From Diadema antillarum (lineage: Eukaryota): a stretch of DNA of 64,000 nucleotides. Of the stretch, positions 11,286 to 24,032 are shown one piece after another. The translations under genes and the position numbers were made by a program. How positions within the stretch are numbered: position 1 is the first letter of the stretch; every line of letters begins with the position of its first letter. The stretch is from NCBI RefSeq assembly GCF_040938485.1, contig NW_027270975.1:2418001-2482000 (forward strand). Direction: 5' to 3'. The notes beneath the pieces were generated by a model that worked only from the letters and a program-made list of their open reading frames with translations, did no database searches and was not told the DNA's origin.

Positions 11286-14200
11286 CAAGTATGAAGAGAG
11301 GGGGGTGGGGGGGGGGGGGGGGGAGGCAGTATATTAGGGCCTTAAAATACCTGTTTGCTATTAACACTTCAGTGAAGTTTCAGCTAACTTGTAATGGGGT
11401 GTTGCTGTTTTACTATTAGCCATTGTTTAGGTATTTTACATTATTTATATACATATATATGTGGTATATAGTCAGACAGATAGATAGCTGTACTATAGAT
11501 AGATAAATAGAGAGAGAAAAAAAGAAAGAAAGAAAGATTGATAAAGTAGTTGGAGAGATAGTTATGTATGAATACACAGCAATCTGTAAGGCTCTTCGTA
11601 ACAATTGGATCCAGTGCATGGGATTGAGCAACAGTGTCTCATAGAAATTTGGCAGTATTATTGTTTTTCAAATAACGTTGTTTGCGGATGTACAACGTTA
11701 TATGAACGTAACCTAGTTGCCATCATATCAATGTCAATTCAATTTGAAATTGTGTCACAAGATCGCTGTTAGATGAAATATTAGAAAGTTATAAGTAACC
11801 ATTACATCAGGACCAAAATCAAATAATTTGAAGAATACGATAGTTCAGTAGTTTTGATGTGCAATTAGGCTGTCTTTGTTTGAGAGATGCACACTATGTA
11901 TGCTTTTGCTGTGGGAGCCTTCACATAAAAACTGAACATTACCATTATAGGTATCATCTAGATAGACAACAGGTTTCTGTCACATGCTGGGAGCAACTAT
12001 TGGCTGTGTCATGTCCGACTAGGATTTTTTTCCCCTTCTTGGCAAACAAAATTTCTCTGTTTACTCTTAGGGGTTGTGCAAATGGCAACCTCCACCCCTT
12101 GGCCCATGCGTCTGTGGGTTTTCCTATGTTGCTTTTCCATATGTGCGCTACCTACAGGTGTCTTTTCAGGCATTTTTTTATATCCCTTTCTTTTTTTTTT
12201 ACCAATCTATTCCTGGTTCGCACTGATTGAAGAAAAATACAGAGGTGTCTCCAGTGATGGAATGGAAACATCAGGCCTGATAGAAATGGAATCTTTGCAG
12301 GCATGTATTTTTCACTGCAGCTGATGTGTAGGGCCTATATGATGTTAGAGGAAAGTAATCTCTGTAATGGAGACTTCTCATTTCTGCATTTTGAAAACAG
12401 CCGCTTCATGATTCCTTCCGTTTCAGTGTTTTCACTGTGTTTACAATACAGTTGGTGTATATGATTGTGTGAAAATGTATCGTGTACATGTTGCATCCAT
12501 ACCTGTTGATTGAATATGCTAGTAGTAAACCTGAGAATTGTGTTAAGGTGCATGTAAATATTTTTGTGTAGGGATAAAATTTTTATTTACCCCCTACACT
12601 CTACATCACATGCCACATTTAATCTGAGAAGGAATGATTGTAACTAAATGCAGTTTATATTTTGTTCTCACTGTATTTTTGCAAGGATTTTCTTTTTAAA
12701 TCAAAGAGACAACAATGTAATAATCAATGTTCACCATGTGCAAGTATGTAGCTGATATTTTGCATCGCAAATGTCACATCATACATACAACATTTTATTC
12801 TTGAATGTTTACTTTGCCCAAAATAGTTACTTTCAAATTTTAAATAAGTGCATTAAGCATAGCAACTGACTTACCTGCCCTTGTATAAAACATAAATGTG
12901 AAAAACATGAACATCAAAGTGCATGTCGGCTTTGAATTCATTGGTCAAAATAAGGGGTTCATATTTCATGATGTAAGCATTCTGAAGATATTGCGTGCTA
13001 CTCTGCAGAGATCAAACTGTGATTAATGTACAAGTTTATTATCAAAATAAGTATTACATAATGATAGATGAAAAATAGATTGTTAACAGGTTTTCAATTA
13101 AAACTGCTGTGAAGCTACAAGATGAATTTAAAAACGTTGTTTGCAATACTCATGTAGGCATGCAAAAAAAGAAAGAAATAATACTAATGTCGTGCTTGTG
13201 TGCACAACTGTTAAAAAAGTCCAAACTTTCTCTTTTTTTCTCTCTCTTTGACACCTGTGGCTGTAAAGTCTACATTTTTTTTCTTTTTTCTTTCATCTGT
13301 AAAGCACCTTTTGAACTGTCTGTACTTTGATTAGGCCCTACTTGGTTGAAGAATTTGAAGCTGTAATACTTCCATATGAGAAATATCATGCTGTAAGCTT
13401 GGCAAAAGGATTTTGGGAAAGGTCATATCAGAGCCAGATATGAAATTGTTCCTCTGAAGCTGATGCCGAGTAGTTATATCAATCAAATTTCCTACTTCTG
13501 GATGGGTGCTTTGATTAGATGCATGCATTAGCAGATGGTGAAATTCAGGGTCTGCATGTCAAGTGAACGTCGCGCGTTGCAGGATAGTTTGCAACAAGAT
13601 GCATTTTTTTTTTCTCCTCGTAAAATTTTAATCTCTCCACCAAGCGAGGGAGCTAGAAGAAGAAGACATGTCAGGGTTAATTTGATTTGGAATCTCTTCG
13701 AGGTGGTGCTGTGTCGCAATTACGGGCATGTGATTTGTGAATTAGTCTGGCTAGTTGTAAAATGAGGTCTGTGGCCTCCTTTTCTTTGGCTGTGGCCTCC
13801 ATCATGGGACATCAAATTCACATCCACAAATGATAAAAGTTATGTATGATATAAACATATGATAAGAATAATATTGATAATGATAATAATCAAATCATAT
13901 TAAATGCTTTGAATCCACCTATACTAGTTGCTCATTGTCATATTATATTAATACATATTCATAAATCAAGAAATAGATGTGAATATATATATATATACAT
14001 ATTTATTTATATTTATTCATACATGCAATGGATGTATTCTCCCTTACAAATGGCTTCTGCCAAACAGTTTGAAAGCATCTTGCGTTATTTTGAAGGAAAT
14101 TAGTCTAATGAGCATTATGGTACCGGTAGTTCAATGCTTTAATGTCAGTGAAAACCCTTATTGTGTTTCAAATTTCAACTCTTGCTTTTGTGGCCATTTT

Positions 14201-15019
14201 TTTTTTAAAGATTGTTTTTGTAACTGAAAGAAACATATGTATATTGCTTAGATTGCACTTTCAAATGCTTTGTATCTCGCAATGTTAGAAAACACAGGGA
14301 TTAATCGAGACTTATTTCTTGTAATCACTATTGAAGACTTCAGCTGTGAATACTACTTTTATTTCATCATGTACAATTGTAGACTTAATACTATGGATAC
14401 TCCGACATCATTAGGTAGAGTTGATTTGATCTGCCACTAGTAACTCCACATACACTTTTAGTGCTCCTTGTGGTATACTACCACCTTTGCCACTTCTTGT
14501 GCTTGCTATCATGGTGGTGATAGTAATGACACTCACGAGCAATAGTGATTATACTAACTACTGTACCTGCAACAAACCAACAGGAACACTTACCATACAG
14601 TGGTAGAGTGCTTTAATGTTGTGACAATGATACTGTTCCATATCTTGTGCTTTGTTTCTTTCCTGTGATGTGCTCCCAGTGTTATCTTTTATACTCCTGT
14701 ACTTGTGGAAGCTTATCATTACCTTTGATTGTTTAAGTGCCTTTGAGATGGCTGTCATATCTTAAGTTTGTTTATTAATTGTTTGTTCATTTGTTTGTTT
14801 TGTATTGTGTTTTGGCCCCTCACAATTTTCTGTTTACGATCTCAGGGATGCAAACTTGGCTAATTTCAAAAATCTTTTGCAATTTGATTTCATAACTTTA
14901 GATGTTTTCTTAGCCTGGTGCTGTCAGTCAAACCTGGAAATGAGATAACTGCATTATAAGTGGTCTGCTAGCCTAAGGCTACCAATACCTCTTGTGTCAT
15001 TTGATGTTTAGGTTTGCTT

Positions 15020-15580
15020 TGCTACCAGAGTATTTGAAGTTTTGCTTGTCAAAGCCAGGATAATTTGATTCAAGATAATTCTAGCTTTGATAGAATATTC
15101 TTATTTTTTTCTGAATGGTGGATTGCACAAAATCCAGGATTCCCTTGTTTCCACAGTAATTTATTTTTTCCTTCTCAGGGCTCCAGGATAGTTTGATCCA
15201 AGGAAATTCTAACTTTGAAAGAACATACTTGTTCTTGTTGTGAATAATGGATTGCACAAAATCCAGAATTGTTTTGCTAGCTACCAGAGTATTTGAAGTT
15301 TTCCCTGTCAAAGCTCCAGGCTATAGTTTGATCCAAGGATATTCTAGCTTCAAATGATAGAATGTGCTGCTTCTTGCTTTGAATGGTGGATGGCACAAAA
15401 TCCAGGATTGCTTTTCTAGCTTCCAGAGTATTTGAAGTTTTCTCTGTCAAAGTTCCAGGAGAATTTGGTCCAAGGGAATTCTATCTTTGAGAAAAAGAAA
15501 ATGCTTATTCTTATTCTGGATGATGGACTGCACAAAATCCAGGATTACTCTGCTAGTCACCACAGTATTTGAAGTTTTCA
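15020..15580. repeat. Diverged tandem repeat, ~126-139 bp unit, ~4.3 copies
   Basis: Anchor AGTATTTGAAGTTTT (or variant) at 15029, 15155, 15288, 15427 and 15564; GCACAAAATCCAG in each unit. Confidence 0.85.
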
Positions 15581-16807
15581 CAAGATCACAAGTTTTTTAT
15601 CTTTTGTTTTCATATCTCTCATACTTATATTGATTTTTTTTTTTTTTTTGGGGGGGGGGATTGAATGGATAGAAAAAAACTTGAATTCTTTTATTTCTTG
15701 TAATTTCATAGCACTAAAATCAAGCTAAATCTCATAAATTTTTCTTTCCTTTGCATTTGTGGCAGATGTAGGAACAATCTCACATAGGGTATACTATATA
15801 TATCTTAGTTCTTATCATGATTAGTGTGAAATAAAGTGATTCTTGTACCCTTTCTAAAACATTTTTCCCATAAAATTGCACATTCAAAGCTTGCTCAAAG
15901 TTTGTTAAACCATTCCTTTTGGAGATCCTAAATCCAATAGACTCTGTACATGTCTCGCTGGGCTCCCATGTATGGAGTGTGTTAAAGCAAGAAACATGAT
16001 TATATGTTTTAATCTTGCTGTGTCAGGCATTATTCCACAGCAGGCCTCTGTAATCTATGCACTCCTATACTATTTCCACATCTTACGGAGGATTAACATG
16101 CTGTGTAGCTTTGCTGCTGGAAAGGTTAAAGTGCAAGGATGTGTTGACTATGTGCATCAGAACTGCTCCGTGATTTCAAGTCCACAGTTCTTGATGCAAG
16201 GCTAACGGAATGTTTACTGCACAATTTGGTGACAGATGAAGCAATGAGTGATGGCATACTATCACGGCATGAATATTATCTAAATTTGCTGCTTTCATAG
16301 TAGTTTCACTGACACTAGAAAATTATCACATTTTATGATACACTCATATACATGAGATATCTTTATTGATGACTTGTACTTCCACCCTAATCAGGCTGAC
16401 TGTGTTACTCCTTGGATTAGTTTGACATTACAATGCCGCGTCTGAGAATGAGAGACTATTACTGGGTCATTTCCGGACTCAGCGAGACTTGATACGCTTT
16501 AAAAATGCGGTGGCTGAGCTTGTGTTACATCTCGGTTACGTCTGAGCCAGAGACAAGCTGTGCAGGCATCGTCGATGCAGTGCCAAGGCGTGACATGTCA
16601 TGGAGCCACCGTTCTGTATGACTTGAAAGGAAGTTAAAACATTTTTGACAGCTTCTCACATGAATGTGTCTCGACATATTTTGTTACCTTCAACAGAAAT
16701 ATTGTCTTTATAATAATGTTATTTATCCATACATCTATGTCCATCAAAGCTTGTTTCTCCTCAAAGTGCTATTCCACTTTATGCCTAAATTAGCCTTCAC
16801 AAATTAA

Positions 16808-17185
16808 AGGATGGCATACTTCTGGTTGAGATGGGGATTCAGATTTTAACCTTTTGTGAGATACTCGCTAGAAAACACTTTATGAAATGTTACAGAGCAT
16901 ACAATTCTTAGAAAAATTCACAGTTAATTTGATTAGATATTGTTGTGACATGGCTGAGATATCCAAAAACAGATGTTTCAATGAAAGATGGGTCCCACCT
17001 TTTATTAGGACCATTTTGTTTTACTTTATTTTGGATATCTTTGCCATTTCAAAACCGATATATTTCAAATGAACATTGAATTTCTCTGAGAAATGCATGC
17101 TCTTTTATATTTCATAGTGGTTTCTAATTACCTTGCAAGATGATAAAACCTGTATCCCCATCTCAACCAAAAGTATACCATCCCT
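16808..17185. mobile_element. TTAA-flanked palindromic MITE, copy 2
   Basis: TTAA at 16804-16807 and 17186-17189; TIR AGG(G)ATGG(C/T)ATACTT.TGGTTGAGATGGGGAT. Confidence 0.8.
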
Positions 17186-17563
17186 TTAACCCTTTCAATG
17201 CCAGGAATGTTGGACAGTGTGTTCAGCACTATGTGGTTTTCTGTGGCAATCAGCACCCAAAGCCCACAAAGGTGAAGTAAAGTCAGACAAGCAGAATGAA
17301 TAGGGTTTCATCAGAACCTGTCCTCAGGTGGAAAACAAATTATTGAGTCAGTTTCATATGTTTTCAAGAAACAGTGTTATTGGCAGGAACCATGTAGGCC
17401 AATTAGATAAAGGCCGTGATGTCATGGCCCCTTATTTCTGCCATTAAACTACACACAAATCTTTCCTCAATTTTCACCTTTTTTGACATGAAATCAAAAC
17501 TAAAAACTTGTATCCTCCGGATCAAATTTTTCTTGTGGTGCAATAACTACACATTGATGACTT

Positions 17564-17845
17564 GATGATGATGATGATGGTAATGGTGATGGTGATGATG
17601 ATGATTATGAAACAGCATGTATGTAGCACCATTTATCTGTAGAAACATTGAAAGGTGCCTGGCTCCCACAATGTGTCACACATCATTCACAGAGTTGCTA
17701 GAAAAGATAAGTCTTCAGTTTAGACATGAAGGTACAATTGAATTGAGGCTGTTGCAATTCCGAAGCGGGACTGGTAGAGAATTCCACAGATGTGGCGCAA
17801 TAGAAGAGAAGGCTCTATCTTCTTCACATCAGATCTCACGTGGAA
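17564..17845 (-). mobile_element. L2-clade LINE 3' end with (CAT)n tail
   Basis: Minus strand reads DRAFSSIAPHLWNSLP..R.CNSL...KLKTYLF, the typical L2 ORF2 C-terminus; tail at 17564-17609. Confidence 0.8.
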
Positions 17846-18665
17846 ATAGTTCAGTAGTTTTTTTTTTTAGATTGTGGACCCAAAATATAATATTAAAAAA
17901 GTTATATCATAGTGCAGAAACCAATTGAAGTACTGGGAATTGATAACATTATTCACAAATTTGTTGTGTTTTCTTTTCTTTTTTTTTTTTTTTTGCGCCT
18001 TACATTTGTACTGCTATAACCCGAGAGGGGGTTGAAAGAGTCAATAAAAATCCACACATCTACAATATATTTAGCTACAAATGTGTAGCTTGTACAAGTG
18101 ATTGCAGTCTACATCACTAGTTGGTATTACATGCATTGTTAGCATTTAAAGTACAGAATCATCACTCATTCCATAATGAGTGAAACAAGGACTGATTCCA
18201 GGAGAGTGTTGGTACATGATGATCTGTAGTGATATACTGTAGCTAGTTGGGTGGTGGACTAACCACAGGGAGGGAGTGGGTTAAACCAGTAATTTCTCCT
18301 TAGTGGAGTTTTATTGGCCACCTCCTCAGCTCTTATGCAAACATCTGCCTGGCTGCGGGGCAAGTAACCCCGTCGCGGGGCGCTGTAACACAGTAACAGC
18401 GCCCCGAAGCATCCCATACGATTTTTAGGAAGTACTGCGACGCGTACAATTCTGTCACAAACTCACCGTTCAAAACGACACATGGATTCGCAACAAAAAG
18501 CCACATGTTGTAATACCATAATGTTGAATATTTTAGCCGACTATGTATTGCTCACCATTACCTCCGAAAACAAGAGAAATCGCCATCATCTTTGCTGGAA
18601 CCCCACTCGACACTATCGACACTGCCGCTCGCCATTTTGAAAATATCACGTAAGTAAATTGATCT

Positions 18666-18690
18666 GGGCATGCGCAAATGAATATTCATG
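18666..18690 (+). promoter_or_regulatory. Candidate promoter module upstream of RecQ (NRF1-like GGCATGCGCA plus palindromic POU-type ATGAATATTCAT)
   Basis: CpG-rich region ~76-100 bp upstream of the ATG; mirrored at 38044-38149. Confidence 0.45.
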
Positions 18691-18765
18691 GTTACGTCAT
18701 CTGCCATATATGTACATGTACAATGTTGCTCGTAGTTCTCGGACCATTCGTAGAGTATCATCATC

Positions 18766-18939
18766 ATGGAGTTCAAAGATGCTATCAAGGAATTAGAGGA
18801 GGAGGCTGGAATTAAGTTTAAAGAGGAGCAGGTAGAAATAATGGAAAGCACAGTGAAACAGAAGGACACCTTAATGATATTGCCAACTGGGTTTGGCAAG
18901 AGCGTTTGTTTTGGTTTCCATCACCGAATCTTGGATAAA
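18766..18939 (+). CDS. RecQ helicase exon 1 (Q motif, Walker A LPTGFGKS)
   Basis: ATG at 18766; donor GTGAGT at 18940, phase 0. Confidence 0.92.
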
Positions 18940-21900
18940 GTGAGTATGCAATGGCATCAATAAGTACAGTGAAAGTAGCAAACTGAAGCCATACAGGGTA
19001 CTAGTTATGATTAGATATTTCAAATCATGATAATGATAATCATTATATCACTATCATAATCTTATATAATTTATCAAGCAAGGCAGGTTCTGATGACATA
19101 ATAATATTAAAATATCGATCAATTAAAGCAAGCATGGTTATGAGATAAGGAAAAATGATTATTGATTGAACACGAATAGAAAGGCTTAAAAAAGCCATTG
19201 CCGGATCAAGCAAGACAGCATCAAAAGAATAAAAATGTGTGAATGGGGTCTACAATTTATCTTTCATAGCAATAGGCCTACTGATTAGACATTTATCATC
19301 TTACAGTTTAACAATTTGACAAGTTTAACTATTCAACAAAATTCTGTTAATCCTTTTAATCTAGTTCTATTTGTAGGATAGTGAGATATGTAGGCCCTAT
19401 ATTTTGATCAATAAATTGTTATTTATGATAATCAGCTAAGTTTTTATTTTCAGAATAGATATGTCATGTTAGGCCCCATACAGAAATTGAGTATGCATCA
19501 ACTACATTTTATGACAGATTGAGGCAAGATCATACACTATGAATAATATGAAGAAATAGACATGGAAGACTGAATTTAAAATTATCAATGCAGAAACACT
19601 TCAGGAGGCACACTGTAACTTCTCATAATTTATTCAGACTTTATCGTCTTTGTAGCAAAATACAATTCTTCTTATGTACGAATGAAAACTTCGTATAGCT
19701 CAAAGTTATATGTAGAATACAGCTGTCTATATATTCACATCTACAAATGTACATTTCTGTCCTTTTCAATAGATACATCCCAAAAAGCGCCACATAACAA
19801 TAGTTATTACTCCGCTGAAGAGTTTGATCATCAATCAAGTCATGAAGTGGCGAGAGGAGGGGGTGTGTGCAGTAGCTCTTTTGCCTGCAAGGGAGATGAC
19901 TGGAGCTGACACTGAAGGTGAAAAGTCTGCTTATAACAACAACAGCATCCTGCATAGAAATTTGATGGTCTGAAGCAGTATAAAATCTCATCTTTTTATA
20001 AATAAATGAGAAATAGACTTTTCATGCAGAATACACACTTTGATGGGAAACAAGGGGCCCTGAGGTGAAACATCACATGCCAGACTTCATACACAATGAT
20101 AAAAAATAGCTGAAATTCACAGATGACTTGTAGATCAATATTGGCTTTCTACAGGAAAAGAGCTGCACAGAAGAAGAAGCTATATGGTTCCCAAACAAGT
20201 CATACACATAATTTCAAGTGAGAAGATATGGCTTCATAATAAACTTATTTGCAACACATCGATTCTACACTTTTTGTTTCACATTTCAAAATGATGCTGA
20301 TGTATGAATAAAAGCTATGAAAATAGAAAGAATCTTTGATAGATTATTGAAACTGTCTATTTAGACCACTCAGTTAAACTCTCTGTTAAACTTTCTCTGT
20401 CTAAAATATTATCAGGTATGAACAAGGCACATTTCCAGTTGATTTTTGCTTCACCGGAGATCATTACTTCTGGCGTATGGTGGGAGTGGCTCAAGAAACA
20501 TCGCCAGAACATCTCTCTTGTGGCAGTGGATGAAGTACATTGCCTTTCCAAGTGGTGAGATAAAGTCCTCTTAATTTCAGACCTACCGAGTATATGAAAT
20601 TCACAGATAAAATTATCAGATACTGACTGCAAGCAAAGCAAGACAAGTTCACATACGCTTTCATGTTCATGTATATGCCCCCATATCAAAACAACTGTTT
20701 CCCCATTTCCTGCATTACCCAGGTAGATGATCCTTGGCTAACTGATGCTCGTGTCTGTCAACCATTATTACAAGAGCAATAAACAGGGCAAACAATGGCA
20801 ATAAAGAGATATTCTTGGAGTGCCAATCACCCCCACCCCCCCCCCCAGCATGCCTATGAGTGGAATACCTTTCATATTACACTAGTTACATTATTCAAAA
20901 TTAATTTGTAGTCTACTAGTATTACATAGAATCACTGGGGGGGGGGGGGGAGGAGTGATTGACACCTTCAGACCCATTGAAAAGTTTATACTTATCAAAC
21001 ATGCAAACATATTTCACATGCAAAAAAAAAAAAAAAAATTCCATGGTCTCAAGAGGGAAAAGGGAAAACAACCCCTCCCAGACCCTCCCCTTGTCAGCTG
21101 ATGAAACCCTAAAGTGGCAGCAGAAGTTGCACTGAAGGCCCCCCCCCCCCCCCCTTTTTTTTTTTTGCTTGTTAGCTGGTGAAACCCCGAAGTGGAACCA
21201 GAAATGAACTGCCCCTCCCCCATTTTTAAAAACGTGGCGCCAAACCGTCAAAACGCACACCCTCCCCATCCCACTCCCCTTGATTAAAGCTGGTGATGAT
21301 CCTGCTTACCAATCTATCTACTTGATTTGGTTAAAGAGTATGTACATGTACATTTATTTACTCAGGTAATACAACAGGTCTTAAAGCTTTTATATATATA
21401 GATAATTAATTCATGATATTTTGTTTTTATGATTCTAACTAAATCAAGGGGAAAAAGCTTCAGACCAGACTATCTGAGAGTAGAGAGGTTGCGCAGTATC
21501 TTGATGTGTCCATGGATGCTGATTACAGCTACTGCAACAGACCATATGGTTGAAGAAATCCTAGAGCTTCTCCACATGAAAAGATCACGGATCAACATTT
21601 CTGCAACAGTTCCTGACAGGTACACAAATAATTGTTGCTCAATCAATATGCTGAATAATGAGAAAGTATCAGTCAAAGAAGATTGATCACAGTATTGCAT
21701 TAAAAAGTGATAATAGAGTCATGTATAGTGAGGAGCATACATCCTATGTCAGTATGTAGATATTTTTGACAATGTCTATCTAGAGTGCATGCGCATGTAT
21801 TTCCCTGACAAAAATAGTAAAGGAGAAGCGTATATGTGTAGCTCATAGTGTCGTACATTACAAACAAAGTGATGTTTTGTTAGCACATTTTATAAGATGC

Positions 21901-23668
21901 CATATTAGGATTAATGCAACTTTTTGATCACGGGTAATAAGCACACAATTCCATTTACATTTAATTGCACAATTATATCTGATGTATATATGATTGCACA
22001 TCTGATCAGTGGCATTGAGATCTTGGTGGTTGTCACTTCGAGTTAACATGTAATATGTGTAACTCATTTACCTGCATTTCCTCCCTAAATATATGGTTTA
22101 CATCAGCAAAAACTGGTACCAGACTACTGATAATCTGATTCATGAGATAGAAGTTGATCAAAATGCTTCTGCAGCTACAGTCACTAGAGTCACTACAGTG
22201 CTGACTCTTACAAAACCTTTTGCAACCACTGACAACTAGGCATCCATTAGGCATATGTTATCAGCAGTCATCTACCAGCTTGAAACCAGTTTCGGATTAT
22301 GTGTGACCATATACATGTATTTAAGAACATAAATCTGCTTGATCATGAGGACACACCTAATAACAAGTATTTAATTCATGTTAATTGCAGGCCAAACATC
22401 CACTTGGCTATCCACAACTGCAGCTCCAGAGACTTCACAGAATACCTCTACTGGTATTTAGAACTCCTCAAGGCAAACCAAGAACGGACACCCAAAGCAA
22501 TCATCTATGCACGGTACAGCATATCTCATGAATGACACTTTCACTTTTCGGTGATCTGGGTATGGAGACTTATGTTATATTATGGCACTGGTGTGGAGTA
22601 ATCCTGTCCATTCCTAAAATTCTTTCTGACGATTCTCATGAGATTAATACACAGATTAAAAAAAGGAATGTCCGGCATCATCTGCAGGGTAATGAACCTC
22701 CTAGCAAAACCAAAATCAAGTAATCTACATGACCTGCTTCAAAATGGTCAAGGTTCTGAAAAGAATTTTGCTCAAAATAATAGAAGACCTTCATGATATC
22801 ATATATATTCCTTTATCATGGTGAAATTTAACCACATGACAGCATATCAACACCATACAGATCTATAACGCTGATATGCAATACTCTTTACAATTGAACT
22901 CCTTGTTCTACTTCATATTTCATGATTCTTGAGAATTCAATCATTTAGGTTGTGACCATCTTGAATGACTTTATCTAACGGTGAAAGGCCATCACACACT
23001 ATTTGACTTCTAGTCCCACGACTGACTGACTTTGGATATGAAATTAACAAGCATGTTTATTCTGAGGCTATATACTGTGATTCATTTAAGATCCAAAGTT
23101 TGTCAGTCATAGGACCAAAAACATATATAGTGTGCCATGGCCTTAATATGCACATTTCAAATTATCTTACAGCAACATCGACCACGTGGCAGAAATATGG
23201 GCATGGATCAACATGGAGATGGGGTTCAAAGATGCTGATGAGAGAATCTGCGAAATGTACCACGGAAGTTCCGACACAAACAGTCAGCTTCGCATCACTG
23301 AATCATTCAGAGGCATCAATAGCAGGATCCGGTGTGTTGTCGCAACAGTGGCATTTGGTTTAGGTATCAACGTTCCGGATGTTGAGTTTGTGCTACACTT
23401 TGGCGTTCCGTCTGACATCTTGTCTTATTGGCAAGAAGTGGGACGTGCTGGGAGGGATGGGAGGACAAGTCAAGCTCACATGTACATTTTCCCAGGTGCC
23501 CTGAATTCGAGATGGACGGATGAGCAATTTATTGACTTGATCAATGCAGTCTTGAAGAAGACAAAGTGCTTCAGGAAGGGAATCCTGGAGTATCTCACTG
23601 TTAAAGAAATGCGTGAGAGCATTCAGTCTGGCCCTGCTCACTCATGTTGCAGTGTCTGCGATGGGTAG
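18766..23668 (+). CDS. Transposon-encoded RecQ-family SF2 helicase, 6 exons, 415 aa, intact
   Basis: Exons 18766-18939, 19773-19917, 20416-20554, 21449-21619, 22391-22513, 23173-23668; all introns GT-AG with matching phases (0,1,2,2,2); total 1248 nt. Motifs in order: LPTGFGKS (I), ITPLKSLIINQ (Ia), ASPE, VDEVHCLSKWG (II), FRPDY, TATAT (III), RPNI, IIYA (IV), YHG, VATVAFGLGINVPDV (V), YWQEVGRAGRDG (VI), C-terminal Zn cluster CFRK..CCSVCD. Confidence 0.95.
19773..19917 (+). CDS. RecQ helicase exon 2 (motif Ia ITPLKSLIINQ)
   Basis: Acceptor ttttcaatAG; donor GT at 19918, phase 1. Confidence 0.9.
20416..20554 (+). CDS. RecQ helicase exon 3 (ASPE, DEVH box)
   Basis: Acceptor attatcAG; donor GTGAGA at 20555, phase 2. 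Confidence 0.93.
21085..21245 (-). mobile_element. Fragment of the 2149-2459 MITE family in RecQ intron 3
   Basis: TTTTGCTTGTTAGCT..TGA.ACCC.GAAGTGG is the reverse complement of 2176-2210. Confidence 0.6.
21449..21619 (+). CDS. RecQ helicase exon 4 (FRPDY, TATAT)
   Basis: Acceptor AG 21447-21448; donor GT at 21620, phase 2. Confidence 0.9.
22391..22513 (+). CDS. RecQ helicase exon 5 (RPNI, KAIIYAR)
   Basis: Acceptor ttaattgcAG; donor GT at 22514, phase 2. Confidence 0.9.
23173..23668 (+). CDS. RecQ helicase exon 6 (motifs V, VI, Zn-binding region)
   Basis: Acceptor attatcttacAG; ORF track 23186..23668; QEVGRAGRDG; stop TAG 23666-23668. Confidence 0.95.
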
Positions 23669-23670
23669 AT

Positions 23671-24032
23671 TCATGCCTTCTTGGATGAAGACGTAATGTT
23701 TTTCCACATGTCCAATTTTACCGAAAGACTCTGCAACTTTTCACCCAATTTCTTTGGATTTTGCATCATACATCTTCCTTCGAATGCCCCAAAGCCTGAG
23801 TGTTCCCTGCCTGGGATATAGTCCAAAAGGGCATCAGCCTGATATTCTTCAGTGAAGCGTCGTATGTCAGCGTCATATAAATCTGTCCTCTTGCCTCGAG
23901 TACTATCTTCCATGTCAACTATGCCTGCACCTGTAAAGAGGGCATCAAGGTCCTTTCCAAAGGGCCCACTCATTTGTGCGCATCTGGACAGTTGTTGTGG
24001 TGTAGTACTTCCCCCAGATGACTTTACCATTC
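23671..24032 (-). CDS. Transposase exon 11 (C-terminus)
   Basis: Acceptor ttttcacAG; ORF track 23671..24063; stop TGA 23673-23671. Confidence 0.88.

Noticed and set aside
18356-18366. 11-bp direct repeat CGGGGCAAGTA read as the TSD
   Set aside because: Assigning the last TA to the element makes both termini start TAACC and gives a 9-bp TSD; the extra 2-bp match on the right is best explained as coincidence.
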